Counted from the first letter of the stretch, positions 41,458 through 51,809 are shown. The stretch: 64,000 nt of DNA from an uncultured Trueperaceae bacterium (GCA_963815215.1 CAWFFU010000011.1:480001-544000); one strand, 5' to 3'. Translations and numbers: made by a program. Notes: generated by a model not told the origin, from the letters alone.

Positions 41458-41909
41458 GCTCCCGACCCGATCTGACCTTCGACAGGGACGAGGCCCTGGA
41501 CGCGCTGGTCGCCGCCTTCGAACGCGGCGACACGCCGTCGGAGGGGTTCTCTCACCAGGCGCACCTCGCGGTCGCGCTGGCCTACCTGGATCGACAAGGG
41601 CTGGCCCGTGCCACCCGCTCCATGCGGACGGGCCTGTTGAGCTTCCTGGAGCACGCCTTCGGCGATCGCGCCGCCGCGGAGGTGAAGTACCGCGAGACCG
41701 TCACGGTCTTCTGGCTGCGCCTGCTCGCCGCCGAACTCGCCGCGACCGACGCCTCGCGCCCTCTCCATGAACGCGTCAACCCGCTGCTGGCCCGCTATCG
41801 CGACGCCTCGACCATCCACAGCTATTACTCCCAGGAGCGCCTGGAGAGCGACGAGGCCCGTAGGTCCTTCGTCGAGCCCGACCTCAAACCGTTGCCGCCC
41901 CTGCTGTGA
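41454..41909 (+). CDS. Hypothetical protein
   Basis: ATGA overlap with USP; globular composition, FSHQAHL and YYSQERL...FVEPD motifs. Confidence 0.6.
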   Translation: MSSRPDLTFDRDEALDALVAAFERGDTPSEGFSHQAHLAVALAYLDRQGLARATRSMRTGLLSFLEHAFGDRAAAEVKYRETVTVFWLRLLAAELAATDASRPLHERVNPLLARYRDASTIHSYYSQERLESDEARRSFVEPDLKPLPPLL

Positions 41910-42044
41910 GCCTGCGGGGCCTTCGGCGATCCGCCCCGGCAACCGGCGCACGGGCGCGCGCTCGCTATGATGAACGTCGTTCGCAAGGGCCCATGGGCTG
42001 TTCCCGTCGATCGCCCAGGGGATCGGCAGCGGGAGGGGATCATC

Positions 42045-42998
42045 GTGTCGCAGGGACGCATCGCCGTGTTCGGGAGTCTCAACGTCGATCTGGTCACACG
42101 GCTCGAGCGCTTCCCGAGCCCGGGTGAGACCGTGTCGGCACGCGACTTCACCCTGTACCCGGGAGGCAAGGGGGCCAACCAGGCGGTCGCCGCCGGCAAG
42201 CTGGGCGCCGACGTCGCCATGTACGGCCTGCTGGGCTCCGACGCGCTGGCCGATCGGCTCCGCGACTCGTTGCGCGCGGCCGGCGTCGACGATGGCGCCG
42301 TGCGGGCCGTCGAGGACGTGGCCACCGGTACGGCGGACATCTGGGTGGAAGACAGTGGCGAGAACATGATCGCCATCGCCGCCGGCGCGAACGGCCGGGT
42401 CGATGCCGGCTACGTGGACGAGCACATGGCCGGCCTGGCGAGCGCGGCCTATCTGCTGCTCCAGCTCGAGGTGCCGCTGCCGGCGCTGGCGCACCTGCTG
42501 CACATGTTGCCGTCGAGCGGCGGGCCCCGCGTCGTGCTCGATCCGGCTCCCGCGCGCCCGCTCGAGGCGCTCCCGCTGGACCGCGTGTGGATGGTCACCC
42601 CCAACGAGCACGAGCTCGCCCGCCTCACCGGCATGCCGACGGGCGACCCGCCGGCGATCCGCGATGCGGCCCGGGCCTTGGCCGCGCGTACGGGCGTCGA
42701 GCTGGTGTTGACCAAAGCCGGAGCGCGCGGCGCCTTCGTGAGTGCGGGCGAGCGCTTCGAGACGGTGCCCGCGTTCCCGGTGGACGCCGTCGACACCACC
42801 GCCGCCGGCGACGCCTTCAACGGCGCGCTGGCCGCGGCCCTGGCGCGTTCGGCCACCGTGCGCGACGACCTCATGCAGGCGATCCGCTTCGCCCACGCGG
42901 CCGCCGCGATCGCCGTGACGGGCGCGGGCGCGCAGCCGGCCATGGCCGATCGCGCGGAGGTCGAACGTTTCCTGCAACGACATGGAGGTCCGGCATGA
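42045..42998 (+). CDS. rbsK: Ribokinase
   Basis: GSLNVDL, GGKGANQA, PNEHE, DTTAAGDAFNG. Confidence 0.92.
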   Translation: MSQGRIAVFGSLNVDLVTRLERFPSPGETVSARDFTLYPGGKGANQAVAAGKLGADVAMYGLLGSDALADRLRDSLRAAGVDDGAVRAVEDVATGTADIWVEDSGENMIAIAAGANGRVDAGYVDEHMAGLASAAYLLLQLEVPLPALAHLLHMLPSSGGPRVVLDPAPARPLEALPLDRVWMVTPNEHELARLTGMPTGDPPAIRDAARALAARTGVELVLTKAGARGAFVSAGERFETVPAFPVDAVDTTAAGDAFNGALAAALARSATVRDDLMQAIRFAHAAAAIAVTGAGAQPAMADRAEVERFLQRHGGPA

Positions 42999-43390
42999 AG
43001 AAACACGGCATCCTGAACGCCTCGTTGAGTGAGCTGATCGCCACGCTCGGCCACACCGATCAGCTGGTGGTCGCCGACTGCGGCCTGCCGGTGCCGCCGG
43101 AAGTGCCGGTCGTCGACCTCGCCCTGGTACAGGGCATCCCGCGCTTCAGCGAGGTGCTGGCAGCGCTGGCCGACGAGATCGTGGTGCAACGGTTGACGGT
43201 CGCCGAGGAGGCCGTGCGGCACAACCCTGATGCCCTCGAGGCGGTGCGGGCCGCCTTCCCGGACGTGCCTCTCGACCGCGTTCCGCACGAGCAGCTCAAG
43301 CAGGAGCTGCCGGCCGTGAAGGCCGTGGTGCGCACCGGCGAGGCGACTCCCTTCGCCAACGTCATCCTGGAGTGCGGCGCCGCCTTCTGA
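42995..43390 (+). CDS. rbsD: D-ribose pyranase
   Basis: MKKHGILN, LGHTD, ADCGLP, RTGEATPFANV. Confidence 0.93.
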   Translation: MKKHGILNASLSELIATLGHTDQLVVADCGLPVPPEVPVVDLALVQGIPRFSEVLAALADEIVVQRLTVAEEAVRHNPDALEAVRAAFPDVPLDRVPHEQLKQELPAVKAVVRTGEATPFANVILECGAAF

Positions 43391-43486
43391 GCCGCGTCCC
43401 TCTCAGACGCCGCTCATCTATTTCCGTGTGGAACGGTGTTCAGCTTGGCTTCAGCTAGCGGGGGCATGCTTGCCTCGGTGATAGCC

Positions 43487-44188
43487 ATGAAGAGAACCCT
43501 GATCCTTCTGTTCACACTACTCGCCCTCGGCACCTCCGCCCTCGCCGCCTCGCTGCCCAGCAGCGGGACCGTCACCGTCAAGAACGATTCCGGCATCCAG
43601 GTGGGAACCGGGACCATCGCCAACGGCAAGCTGTCGCTCTCGCTCGCCAGCGGCACCAGCGGCTTCGTGACGATCACGGTCACAAGCGCCAACGGCAGCA
43701 GCCAGAGCTACGAGGCGATGGTCAAGGCCGGCGGCCAGGTCACGGTCGTGAACAGCGGCCAGCTCAGCGACCTGTCGAGCTTCGCCAAGACCGGCGGCGT
43801 GGACAGCGTCGACGTCAGCGAGACCACGGAGAGCCAGACACCGGAGAGCCAGACCTCCCAGACCGGGCAGCAGGAGAGCCCGGACAGCGCCACCACCACC
43901 GGCCCGGAGGACACGACGTCGCAGGCCGGCAGCGCCAGCAGCCAACCGTCGAGCAGCAAAGGCAGCAGCGCCTCGTCGTCCGGAAGCGGCCCCGCCACCA
44001 ACGCTTCGAGCGACAACAGCCCCGATACCAGCGCTTCCCAGGACAGCCAGACCGAGACGGGGAGCTCCAGCGGCGACGATCAGGTGAAGGTCGGCGCCAA
44101 TCTGAGCGGCGGGGCCAGCACCCACACCGGCTCGGACGGGACCTCCACCGACTCCAGCGCCAGCGGTTCCGCCTCCACCGACGACTGA
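43487..44188 (+). CDS. Secreted Ser/Thr-rich hypothetical protein
   Basis: Signal peptide MKRTLILLFTLLALGTSALA, small beta-rich domain, low-complexity S/T/D tail. Confidence 0.7.
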   Translation: MKRTLILLFTLLALGTSALAASLPSSGTVTVKNDSGIQVGTGTIANGKLSLSLASGTSGFVTITVTSANGSSQSYEAMVKAGGQVTVVNSGQLSDLSSFAKTGGVDSVDVSETTESQTPESQTSQTGQQESPDSATTTGPEDTTSQAGSASSQPSSSKGSSASSSGSGPATNASSDNSPDTSASQDSQTETGSSSGDDQVKVGANLSGGASTHTGSDGTSTDSSASGSASTDD

Positions 44189-44325
44189 CCTACCTCAAGC
44201 CTAGGGCCCGCCCGGCGGCGGTCCCCCCGGGAGCCGCACCTCCCGAGCCCGCGAGCGCCGCGTCCGGATCCCGGACGCGGCGCTCGCTCGTCCTCGACCC
44301 ACGGGACGATGACGGCGTCATCCGC

Positions 44326-46371
44326 TCAGCGGCTGCGGGCGCTCGCCGTGAACCGCTCCAGCGCCCGTAGCTCGATGCCGTCGTCGAGCGGCGCCAGCGC
44401 GTCCCAGCCGCGCCGCTCGGCGATCCACCCGAGCAGCAGGTCGGCCAGCCACGGGTTGCGCGCCAGCACCGGGCCGTGAAGGTAGGTCCCGATGGCGTGC
44501 CCGTGCACAACGCCCTCGTCGGCCGCGCCCTCGAAGGCGTTACCGTGCCCCTGGACGACCCGTCCGAGGGGCGCCCCGCCGGCAAGGTGAGTGTGCCCGC
44601 CGTGATTCTCGAAACCGACCAGGAGCTGAGCCACGAACGGGCTCTCGACGAGCATCCTACCCACCAGGCGCGGCGAGCCCCGCGAGGTGGTGACGGGCAG
44701 CAGGCCGAGACCGTCCACCGGACGGCCGTCGACCTCGAAACTCTCACCGAGGAGCTGGTAGCCACCGCATACCACCAGCGCCGCCGCGCCGTCGGCGAGG
44801 AGCGCGCCGAGCTCGCCGGCGTGCCGCCGGAGATCGCTCATGATCAGTCCCTGCGCCAGATCCTCGCCACCACCCATCACGACGGCGTCGATGTCCTGCG
44901 GCCAGTCGTCGCCCACGTCGACGCGGACCACCTCCGCGGTGCGGCCGCGCCAGGCGAGCCTTCGACGCAGCACCTCGAGGTTGCCGCCGTCGCCGTAGGT
45001 ACCCATCTGGTCGGGGTAGAGCCAGGCGACGCGGGCCGCCCGGCCGTTCGGACCGGGCCGCACAGGCGCCGGCGCGGCGCCGGCCTCGCCGGCGGGCAAC
45101 GCCAGGCCGGCCGCCGGCGCCGGCGCCGCGGGCCTGTCCAGCAACAGGCGCGCCTGCTTGAGATTGGTGTAGGTCGACAGCACCAGCACCGACCCATCGT
45201 CGGGCGCGTCCCGGACCGCCACGGTGAGCGCATCGTGCAGCGTGGGGTAGGCGACGGCCGCCGGCCTCGGGTCCAGGTAGCGCATGCGGATCAGGAACTC
45301 CAGCGCGCGTGAGCCGCCCACCGCCACCCGACCCAGGTCGGCGGGATAACGGGCGTCCCAGAGCCAGGACACATCGACGCCGTCGGCCGAGCCGTCGTTG
45401 ATGAGGAACACGTGGCCGTCAACGTGCTCCTGAGCCAGGTTCCAGCTCATGCTGGCGGGGTTCTTGACCAACGCCAGGCTCACGCGCCTGCCCTCGATGG
45501 TACGTACCTCTCCCCTGCCGCCGACCGTTCCCGGCCAGACCTCGAGCCGGGGCTCCACGCCTAGCTCCATCGCGGCCGCGAGCGCGGCGGTGGCGCTGTA
45601 GGGGTGCAGGTAAGGGGGCAGCGGCGGGAACGTGCGCCCGTCCAGCGTCAGGCCCGCCCCGTCGAAGGTGGCCTCGAAGCGCGTGTCCGGGTTGGTGAAA
45701 CCACACGACTCGCAACGGTAGCGCCCCAGGTGAGCGTAGTACCGCTCGCCGTAGCCCAGCTCGCCGCCGCACACGGGGCAGGCCGGGATGTCGCTGGGGA
45801 CCTCCATCGCGGGGAGCGCAGCCCGGAACGCGAGGCTGCGGCCCGGAAGCGCCAGGCTGGCCACCAGCGGGTCATCGCCGTTGAGCAGCAGGCGCGCGTC
45901 GGGGAGGCTGGCGATGGCCCGTTCGAGATGGGCGCGGGTGGTCCGGACCTCACCGAAGCGATCGAGCTGGTCACGGAACAGTCCGGTGACGATCACCAAC
46001 TGGGGCGCCAGAGCGGGCGCCAGCTTCGGGAAAGCCGCCTCGTCGACCTCCATCACCAGCGCGTCGCCCGGGCCCGCGAGGAGCGCCGCGGCGATGCCCT
46101 GGTGCAGGTTGGCGCCCTCCTCGTTGGCCACCACCCTGCGCCCGTCACGCTCCAGCAGGTGGCGCAGCAACGTCATGGTGGACGTCTTGCCGTTCGTGCC
46201 GGTGATCACCACGCGCAGCGGGAAGCGGGCGGCCGCCCGCTCCACGAACCTCGGATCGAGCTTCAACGCTACCCAACCGGGAAGTGTGGTGCCCCCTCCC
46301 GGCCGCACACGCCGCAGCACGCGCTTCGCCACACGCCCCATCACGGGCGCCAATACTCGCCAAGCCGTCAA
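44326..46371 (-). CDS. Fused MurT-GatD (lipid II isoglutaminyl synthase)
   Basis: ITGTNGKT, FRDQLDRFGE, CPVC/CESC, LVKNP, DVSWLWD, then LYPDQMGTYGDGGN, CGGYQ, GFENHGG, YLHGP in one frame; TTG start after AGGAGAGG. Confidence 0.88.
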   Translation of the reverse strand: MTAWRVLAPVMGRVAKRVLRRVRPGGGTTLPGWVALKLDPRFVERAAARFPLRVVITGTNGKTSTMTLLRHLLERDGRRVVANEEGANLHQGIAAALLAGPGDALVMEVDEAAFPKLAPALAPQLVIVTGLFRDQLDRFGEVRTTRAHLERAIASLPDARLLLNGDDPLVASLALPGRSLAFRAALPAMEVPSDIPACPVCGGELGYGERYYAHLGRYRCESCGFTNPDTRFEATFDGAGLTLDGRTFPPLPPYLHPYSATAALAAAMELGVEPRLEVWPGTVGGRGEVRTIEGRRVSLALVKNPASMSWNLAQEHVDGHVFLINDGSADGVDVSWLWDARYPADLGRVAVGGSRALEFLIRMRYLDPRPAAVAYPTLHDALTVAVRDAPDDGSVLVLSTYTNLKQARLLLDRPAAPAPAAGLALPAGEAGAAPAPVRPGPNGRAARVAWLYPDQMGTYGDGGNLEVLRRRLAWRGRTAEVVRVDVGDDWPQDIDAVVMGGGEDLAQGLIMSDLRRHAGELGALLADGAAALVVCGGYQLLGESFEVDGRPVDGLGLLPVTTSRGSPRLVGRMLVESPFVAQLLVGFENHGGHTHLAGGAPLGRVVQGHGNAFEGAADEGVVHGHAIGTYLHGPVLARNPWLADLLLGWIAERRGWDALAPLDDGIELRALERFTASARSR

Positions 46372-46609
46372 TCGATGTCCTCTCCTGCGGCCCGTCGCCG
46401 CCGGACGCCGAGGCACGCCGTTGCCCCGGCCGTCCGCCGCCCGGCGACCCGGACGCGTCGAACCGCGCCCCGGGCGGCGGCGCGCCCCCATGCTACTTTG
46501 CGCGCGGCTCCCGTGCACCGTCCCGCGCTGCGCCACGCCGTCGTGCCGCCGGAGCCGTTGCGTCACCGCGATTGCGGGCCGGCGGCGCTGCTGGTAGCCT
46601 GAAGTGCAC

Positions 46610-47194
46610 ATGGCTCACCAACCCCTTCTCGTCGCCGTCGACGTTCAGCGGCTCTACCGGGAGTTCGCCCCGTGGGCGCTCGAAGGCGTGGAGCGGGTGG
46701 CGGACGTCAGTGCCGGACTGGCCGACGCGTTGGGCTGCCCGCTGCTGTGCACCCGCACCGTGCTACCGAGCGCGCACGGTGTGGAGGACGGCCCCTGGCG
46801 AGCGTACGAGGAGCGCTGGCAGGCGCTGCGCGCGCGCGCCGCCGCCGAACCCGCGCTCCTCGACCCCCTGCCCGCGCTTCAGCGACGGTGCCGGGAGGTG
46901 TTCGACAAGCACACCTACTCCGCTTTCGAGAGCCCCGCGTTCACCGAGGCCGTCCGGGCCTTCGCCCCTTCGCCGCTGATCGTCACTGGCGTGGAGACGG
47001 ATATCTGCGTCCTGGCCACCGTCTTCGGAGCCATCGACCGCAACCTGCCGGTCTGGTTGGTGACGGACGCCGTGGCCGGTCCCGATGCACGCGCCCAGCG
47101 GGGGGTGCTGGCGACGTTGTCCCGCATGCCCGAGCAGGTGCGGCTCGTGACCGCCCGCGAGGTCGTCGCTGCGCTCGCGCCGGAGGCGCCGTGA
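46610..47194 (+). CDS. Isochorismatase-family cysteine hydrolase
   Basis: VDVQ, DKHTYSAF, GVETDICV triad motifs. Confidence 0.85.
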   Translation: MAHQPLLVAVDVQRLYREFAPWALEGVERVADVSAGLADALGCPLLCTRTVLPSAHGVEDGPWRAYEERWQALRARAAAEPALLDPLPALQRRCREVFDKHTYSAFESPAFTEAVRAFAPSPLIVTGVETDICVLATVFGAIDRNLPVWLVTDAVAGPDARAQRGVLATLSRMPEQVRLVTAREVVAALAPEAP

Positions 47195-48345
47195 TCGACC
47201 CCGGCCCCGGCGCCGCGTACGGGACCCGCGCGCCGGTGGACGACGCCCGCTTCCTGGTGGCGTCCGCCATGCGCCACGCCTACGACGGAACACCGGTCCT
47301 GAGCGGCGTCGACCTGGCGCTGCCGCGCGGCTCGCTGACCTGCCTGATCGGGCCTACGGGCTGCGGCAAGACCACGCTGCTGCGGGTCCTGGCGGGGTTC
47401 CTCCGGCCCGACGGCGGGCGCGTGCACATCGGCGGCCGCGACGTCACCGAGCTGGCGCCCGCTCGACGCGGCATCGGCTTCGTCTACCAGGACCTGGCGC
47501 TGTTCGATCATATGTCGGTGCGCGGCAACGTCGGCTTCGGGTTGCGCGCGCGGGGCCTGCGCGGCGCGGACCTGGACCGGCGGGTGCTCGACATGCTCGG
47601 CCGGGTCGGACTCGCCGAGTTCGCCGGCCGGCGTCCTACCACGCTCTCCGGCGGGCAACGGCAACGCGTCGCGCTGGCGCGCGCCCTCGTCTTCGAACCC
47701 GACATCCTGCTGCTCGACGAACCTTTCGCGGCGCTCGACAAGAACGTCCGCGCCCGGATGCAGCAGGAGGTGAGACGGCTCCAGCAGGAGCTCGGCATCA
47801 CCACCATCCTGGTGACGCACGATCAGCAGGAAGCCATGCGGCTGGCCGACGTGCTGGTGATCATGCGCGACGGCGGCCTCGAGCAGAGCGGCCCGCCGCG
47901 CGAGCTGTACACGCGTCCCGGTACCGTCTTCGCCGCCCGCTTCCTGGGGGACGCCAACCTCTTCGAAGGACGGGTGCGGTCGTCTCCACCACGGCTCGAG
48001 GGCGCCGTGGCGCTGCGCCTCGCCGACGCCGCTGTGGTAGACGAGCCCGTTCCCGACGGCGCCGGCGCCACCGCCATGATCCGTCCCGAGGACGTCGCCA
48101 TTCGACCGCGCGGCCGCGGCGTCCCGGCCGACGCGGCGCCAGACGCCACCGTCCTGGAAGGCACGATCGAGGACGCGGCCTTCACCGGCGCCAGCACCGA
48201 GTACACCGTGAGGACCCACCCCGGGGACGTGCTCGTGCGTGTGCTGGCGTCCGGCACCGAGGCCGAGGCTCATGCGCGCGGCGCCCCGGTGTGGCTATCC
48301 TTTCCGCGAGAGCGCGTGAGCCTGATCCCTGAGGAGCGCCTATGA
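47191..48345 (+). CDS. ABC transporter ATPase, PotA-like
   Basis: GPTGCGKT, LSGGQRQR, LLDEP, C-terminal TOBE-like region. Confidence 0.92.
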   Translation: MIDPGPGAAYGTRAPVDDARFLVASAMRHAYDGTPVLSGVDLALPRGSLTCLIGPTGCGKTTLLRVLAGFLRPDGGRVHIGGRDVTELAPARRGIGFVYQDLALFDHMSVRGNVGFGLRARGLRGADLDRRVLDMLGRVGLAEFAGRRPTTLSGGQRQRVALARALVFEPDILLLDEPFAALDKNVRARMQQEVRRLQQELGITTILVTHDQQEAMRLADVLVIMRDGGLEQSGPPRELYTRPGTVFAARFLGDANLFEGRVRSSPPRLEGAVALRLADAAVVDEPVPDGAGATAMIRPEDVAIRPRGRGVPADAAPDATVLEGTIEDAAFTGASTEYTVRTHPGDVLVRVLASGTEAEAHARGAPVWLSFPRERVSLIPEERL

Positions 48346-50630
48346 GCCTGCGCGAGATCGCCCCCCGCTACCAGCTCAACACCTGGCTGTCCGACACCCC
48401 CGCGGCCGTGCTCGATGCCGTCTCCGGCCTGTTCGTGATGCCGGTGGCCTACAGCTCGGCGGCGAACGCCAGCTCGCGGTTCGAGGAGCCCGCGCACGTG
48501 CGCTTCGGCGCGCGGCGCCTCGACGGCTCGCGGCTCGAGCTCGACGTCGAGCACGCCGGCTCCCGGTTCCGCCTGAGCTACGCCAAGTCCGGCCCCTACC
48601 ACGTCACCGGCGAGCTGCGGGCCGTCGAGCTGGGAGAGTGGGGGTTGCGCACCTGGCTCAACCTGCTCGTCGGCTTCCGGTCAGGCAGCGAGGGCGCCGA
48701 GGCGGACGCTCGGCCGCGGGCCGGCGCGGACGGCACGATCACGGCCGAGGCGCCGGGCCGGGCTCTGGCACTCACCGTCGCCGACGCTCCGGTCTTCGTG
48801 ACCCTCCACGACTCGGTGGAGGACTTCGAGGCCGACCTCGAGGAGCACGGCTACTACGCCGACGACGACGCCTTGCGGGCGGGGGCGGAGCCGGCGACCG
48901 CGAAGGTCGTCGCGTTGCGCTTCAACCTGGAGGCGACCCCGGTGGTGCGCTTCAGCCTGGCCGTCGGCGCGGACGTCGAGCGCGCGTTGGCGCGCTCGCG
49001 CGCCGACGACGGCCCCCACGCGACGCGCGACGCCCACCCGAGCGGCGACGTGGACGAGGCCCTGGCCGCCGTGGACGCGGTTCTGGGATGGAACTCGGTG
49101 CTCGATCCGGCGAACGGCCGCTGGTACACGGCCCCCACGCGAGCCTGGATCGGCCGGAAGTTCGGCGGCTGGTTCACCTGGCTCGACGACACCTTCTTCC
49201 ACGCCCACCTGGCGGCCGCGCTCGATGCCGAGGCGGCGCGCCGCAACCTCGAGGTGGCCCTCTCGAGCGCCACGCCCGAGGGAAACCTCGCCTGCCTGCT
49301 CAGCCCCCGCACCCGGTGGCTGGACCGCTCGCAGAGCCCGATCGGCGGCCTGGTGGCGTGGTCGGCCTACCTGCGCACGGGCGACGTCGGGGTGCTGGAC
49401 CGGGCCCTGCCCACCCTCGTCGCGGCGTTCGATTGGTGGCTGCGCGAACGGCGTGACGAGGCGAGCGGTCTGCTCTCGTTCGGGACCTCGACCTACGGCC
49501 ACGGCGCCTTCAAGGGCACGGCGCTGGCCGCCCGCGACGAGTCGTTCATGGACAACAGTCCCCTGCACGACGGCGTCGAGCTCGACCCCGCGAGTCGCCG
49601 CCTGCGTCAGCTCGACGTGGGCCTGTCCAGCCTGCTGGCGCTCGAGGGGGAGATGCTGGCGCGCATCGCGCGGCGCCTGGGTGAGCGCGACCTGCACGCG
49701 CGCCTGGCCGGCATCGCGACGGGCCTCAAGCGGGCCATCGATCGCGTCCTGTGGGACGAGGAGGCAGGCATCTACGTCAATGTGGACCTCGACGGGACCC
49801 CGTCGAAGCGCATCGGCCCGACCAGCTTCTACCCGCTGTTGGCCGGGGTGCCGTCGCGCGAACGTGCCGAACGCATGGTCCGCGGGCAGCTCCTGGACGA
49901 GCGCGCCTTCTGGGGACCGCACGTGCTGCCTACCATCCGGCGCGACGACCCGGCGTTCGGCGACAACGTCTACTGGCGCGGCCGCATCTGGCCGCCCACC
50001 AACTACCTGGTGTACCTGGGGCTGCGGCGCTACGGCCTGACCGAGGCGGCCACGGGCGTGGCGGACCGCTCCTACGCCATGTTCGCCGCGGAGTGGCGCG
50101 AGCACGGTCACTGTCACGAGAACTACCATGCCGTCACCGGCGAGGGCCATGATTCGAAGGACTCCGACGGCTTCTACGGCTGGGGGGCGCTGTTGCCGCT
50201 GATGCGCGTCGAGGAGGCCATCTTCCCCTCCCCCTGGGAGGGGTTGAGCGTCGCGACCGGGCGCGGGCCCTGCCACCGCGGCACCCTGTGGGCGGGGCGC
50301 ACCCTCCGCTTGGAGGGCGGCGGCACGGGAGGCGACGGCGCCTGGAAGCTCACGCTCGACGGCCGCCCGGTGCTGGCAGGCGATGTCGCATGCCGGCTGA
50401 GCGGCCTGCAGGTCGAAAACGCCGGGCTCGAGCTCATCGCCGAGAGCGAAGCCGGCGTCCACCTGACGGTGCCGCGGCTGACGCCCGAGCGGGTGCTCCA
50501 CGCCGCGCTCCCGGAGGGAGCCCGGCTTACGTTCACGACCGACGGTGCGCGCCTGGCGCTGCCCCCGGGCCGGAACGCCGCGCGCCTGGCGCTGTCGCGC
50601 ACCGAGGACGAAGGGGACGACGGCGCGTAG
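48342..50630 (+). CDS. GH63/MGH1-like glycoside hydrolase
   Basis: WLDDTFF, ESFMDNSPLHD, YWRGRIWPPTNY, HENY. Confidence 0.75.
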   Translation: MSLREIAPRYQLNTWLSDTPAAVLDAVSGLFVMPVAYSSAANASSRFEEPAHVRFGARRLDGSRLELDVEHAGSRFRLSYAKSGPYHVTGELRAVELGEWGLRTWLNLLVGFRSGSEGAEADARPRAGADGTITAEAPGRALALTVADAPVFVTLHDSVEDFEADLEEHGYYADDDALRAGAEPATAKVVALRFNLEATPVVRFSLAVGADVERALARSRADDGPHATRDAHPSGDVDEALAAVDAVLGWNSVLDPANGRWYTAPTRAWIGRKFGGWFTWLDDTFFHAHLAAALDAEAARRNLEVALSSATPEGNLACLLSPRTRWLDRSQSPIGGLVAWSAYLRTGDVGVLDRALPTLVAAFDWWLRERRDEASGLLSFGTSTYGHGAFKGTALAARDESFMDNSPLHDGVELDPASRRLRQLDVGLSSLLALEGEMLARIARRLGERDLHARLAGIATGLKRAIDRVLWDEEAGIYVNVDLDGTPSKRIGPTSFYPLLAGVPSRERAERMVRGQLLDERAFWGPHVLPTIRRDDPAFGDNVYWRGRIWPPTNYLVYLGLRRYGLTEAATGVADRSYAMFAAEWREHGHCHENYHAVTGEGHDSKDSDGFYGWGALLPLMRVEEAIFPSPWEGLSVATGRGPCHRGTLWAGRTLRLEGGGTGGDGAWKLTLDGRPVLAGDVACRLSGLQVENAGLELIAESEAGVHLTVPRLTPERVLHAALPEGARLTFTTDGARLALPPGRNAARLALSRTEDEGDDGA

Positions 50631-50701
50631 GTATCGTGGGCTAGGGGTTCGATCGCCCCCTAGGCGGGCAGCGCCCGCAGCGGGGCATGAAGGGAAGGGT
50701 T

Positions 50702-51760
50702 ATGAGGAACCGAGGCAAGCACGTCCGGCTGTTCCTGTCGATGCTCGTCGGGGCAGCCCTGCTGGCCACCGCGTCGGCCCAGAAGCCGACGCTCCTGGTG
50801 GCCAACTGGCAGGGTTACGGCAGCGACCTGCCGTGGGTGGTCCAGGCGTTCGAGCAACAGTGCGGCTGCACCGTCAAGCAGGTCGACTTCGGCTCCGAGC
50901 AGCAACTGCTCAACATGCTGAAGCAGGGGGGCGTGGGCAAGATCGACGTGGCGCTCCCGAACTCGACCTACATCCGCTACGCCGTCGATGACGGCCTGGT
51001 CCAACCCATCGACGTCTCCAGGCTGACGAACTACCACGAGCTCATCCCCGGGCTGACGCAGCTCGCCGCGCTCAAGTCAGGCGGCCAGGTGTACGGCGTT
51101 CCGTGGCTGTGGGGCACCGTCGGCATCGGCTACAACCCCGACCTGGTGAGCGCCCCGGTCGAGGGGTACGCCGCGCTGTGGGACAAGCAGTACGCCGGCA
51201 AGACCACCTTCAACGACGACCCGGTCATCGCCGTCATGACGGCGGCCGTGTACCTCGGCGAGGATCCCTACCACCCCGACCTGGCCAAGGTGAAGCAGGC
51301 GCTCCTGGAGCAGAAGCGCCTCGACCTGACCTACTGGGCCACCACCGACGACTTCACCAAGCTCTACGCCGCCAAGCAGGTGGTCATCGGCAACGTGTGG
51401 TCCGGCCTGGCCACCCAGATCCAGGCGAACGGCTACCCCATCCGCTACGTCACACCCAAGGACGTCATCACCTGGGTCGATACCTGGGTGATCGTCAAGG
51501 ACGCGCCGCACCCCGCTCTGGCCTACCAGTGGATCGACTTCATGATCTCCCAGACATTCCAGGACCGCTACGCGCGTGACCTCCAGCAGCAGCCGCCGTC
51601 GCCCGCCAACCAGATCGTGGCCGAGAGCCTGCCGCCGGATCAGCGCCAGACCTTCCAGTCCGACGCCGTGCTGGAGACCAACATCCCGCAGGACACCTAC
51701 AACGCCTGGTCGCAGCTGTGGACGGACGTGAAGACCACCCCGGTGAAGCCGCTGCCGTGA
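50702..51760 (+). CDS. ABC substrate-binding protein, PotD-like
   Basis: Signal peptide, NWQGY, YGVPWLWG..GIGYN, WVDTWVI, AYQWIDF. Confidence 0.85.
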   Translation: MRNRGKHVRLFLSMLVGAALLATASAQKPTLLVANWQGYGSDLPWVVQAFEQQCGCTVKQVDFGSEQQLLNMLKQGGVGKIDVALPNSTYIRYAVDDGLVQPIDVSRLTNYHELIPGLTQLAALKSGGQVYGVPWLWGTVGIGYNPDLVSAPVEGYAALWDKQYAGKTTFNDDPVIAVMTAAVYLGEDPYHPDLAKVKQALLEQKRLDLTYWATTDDFTKLYAAKQVVIGNVWSGLATQIQANGYPIRYVTPKDVITWVDTWVIVKDAPHPALAYQWIDFMISQTFQDRYARDLQQQPPSPANQIVAESLPPDQRQTFQSDAVLETNIPQDTYNAWSQLWTDVKTTPVKPLP

Positions 51761-51809
51761 TCCGCTCGGACCCCGCGCCCGCCCGCCCTCGCTCCGCCGC
51801 GAGCCGGCG

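Noticed and set aside
50641..50664. GGGGTTCGATCGCCCC resembling a tRNA T-arm
   Set aside because: No acceptor, D or anticodon arms; simply an intergenic hairpin.
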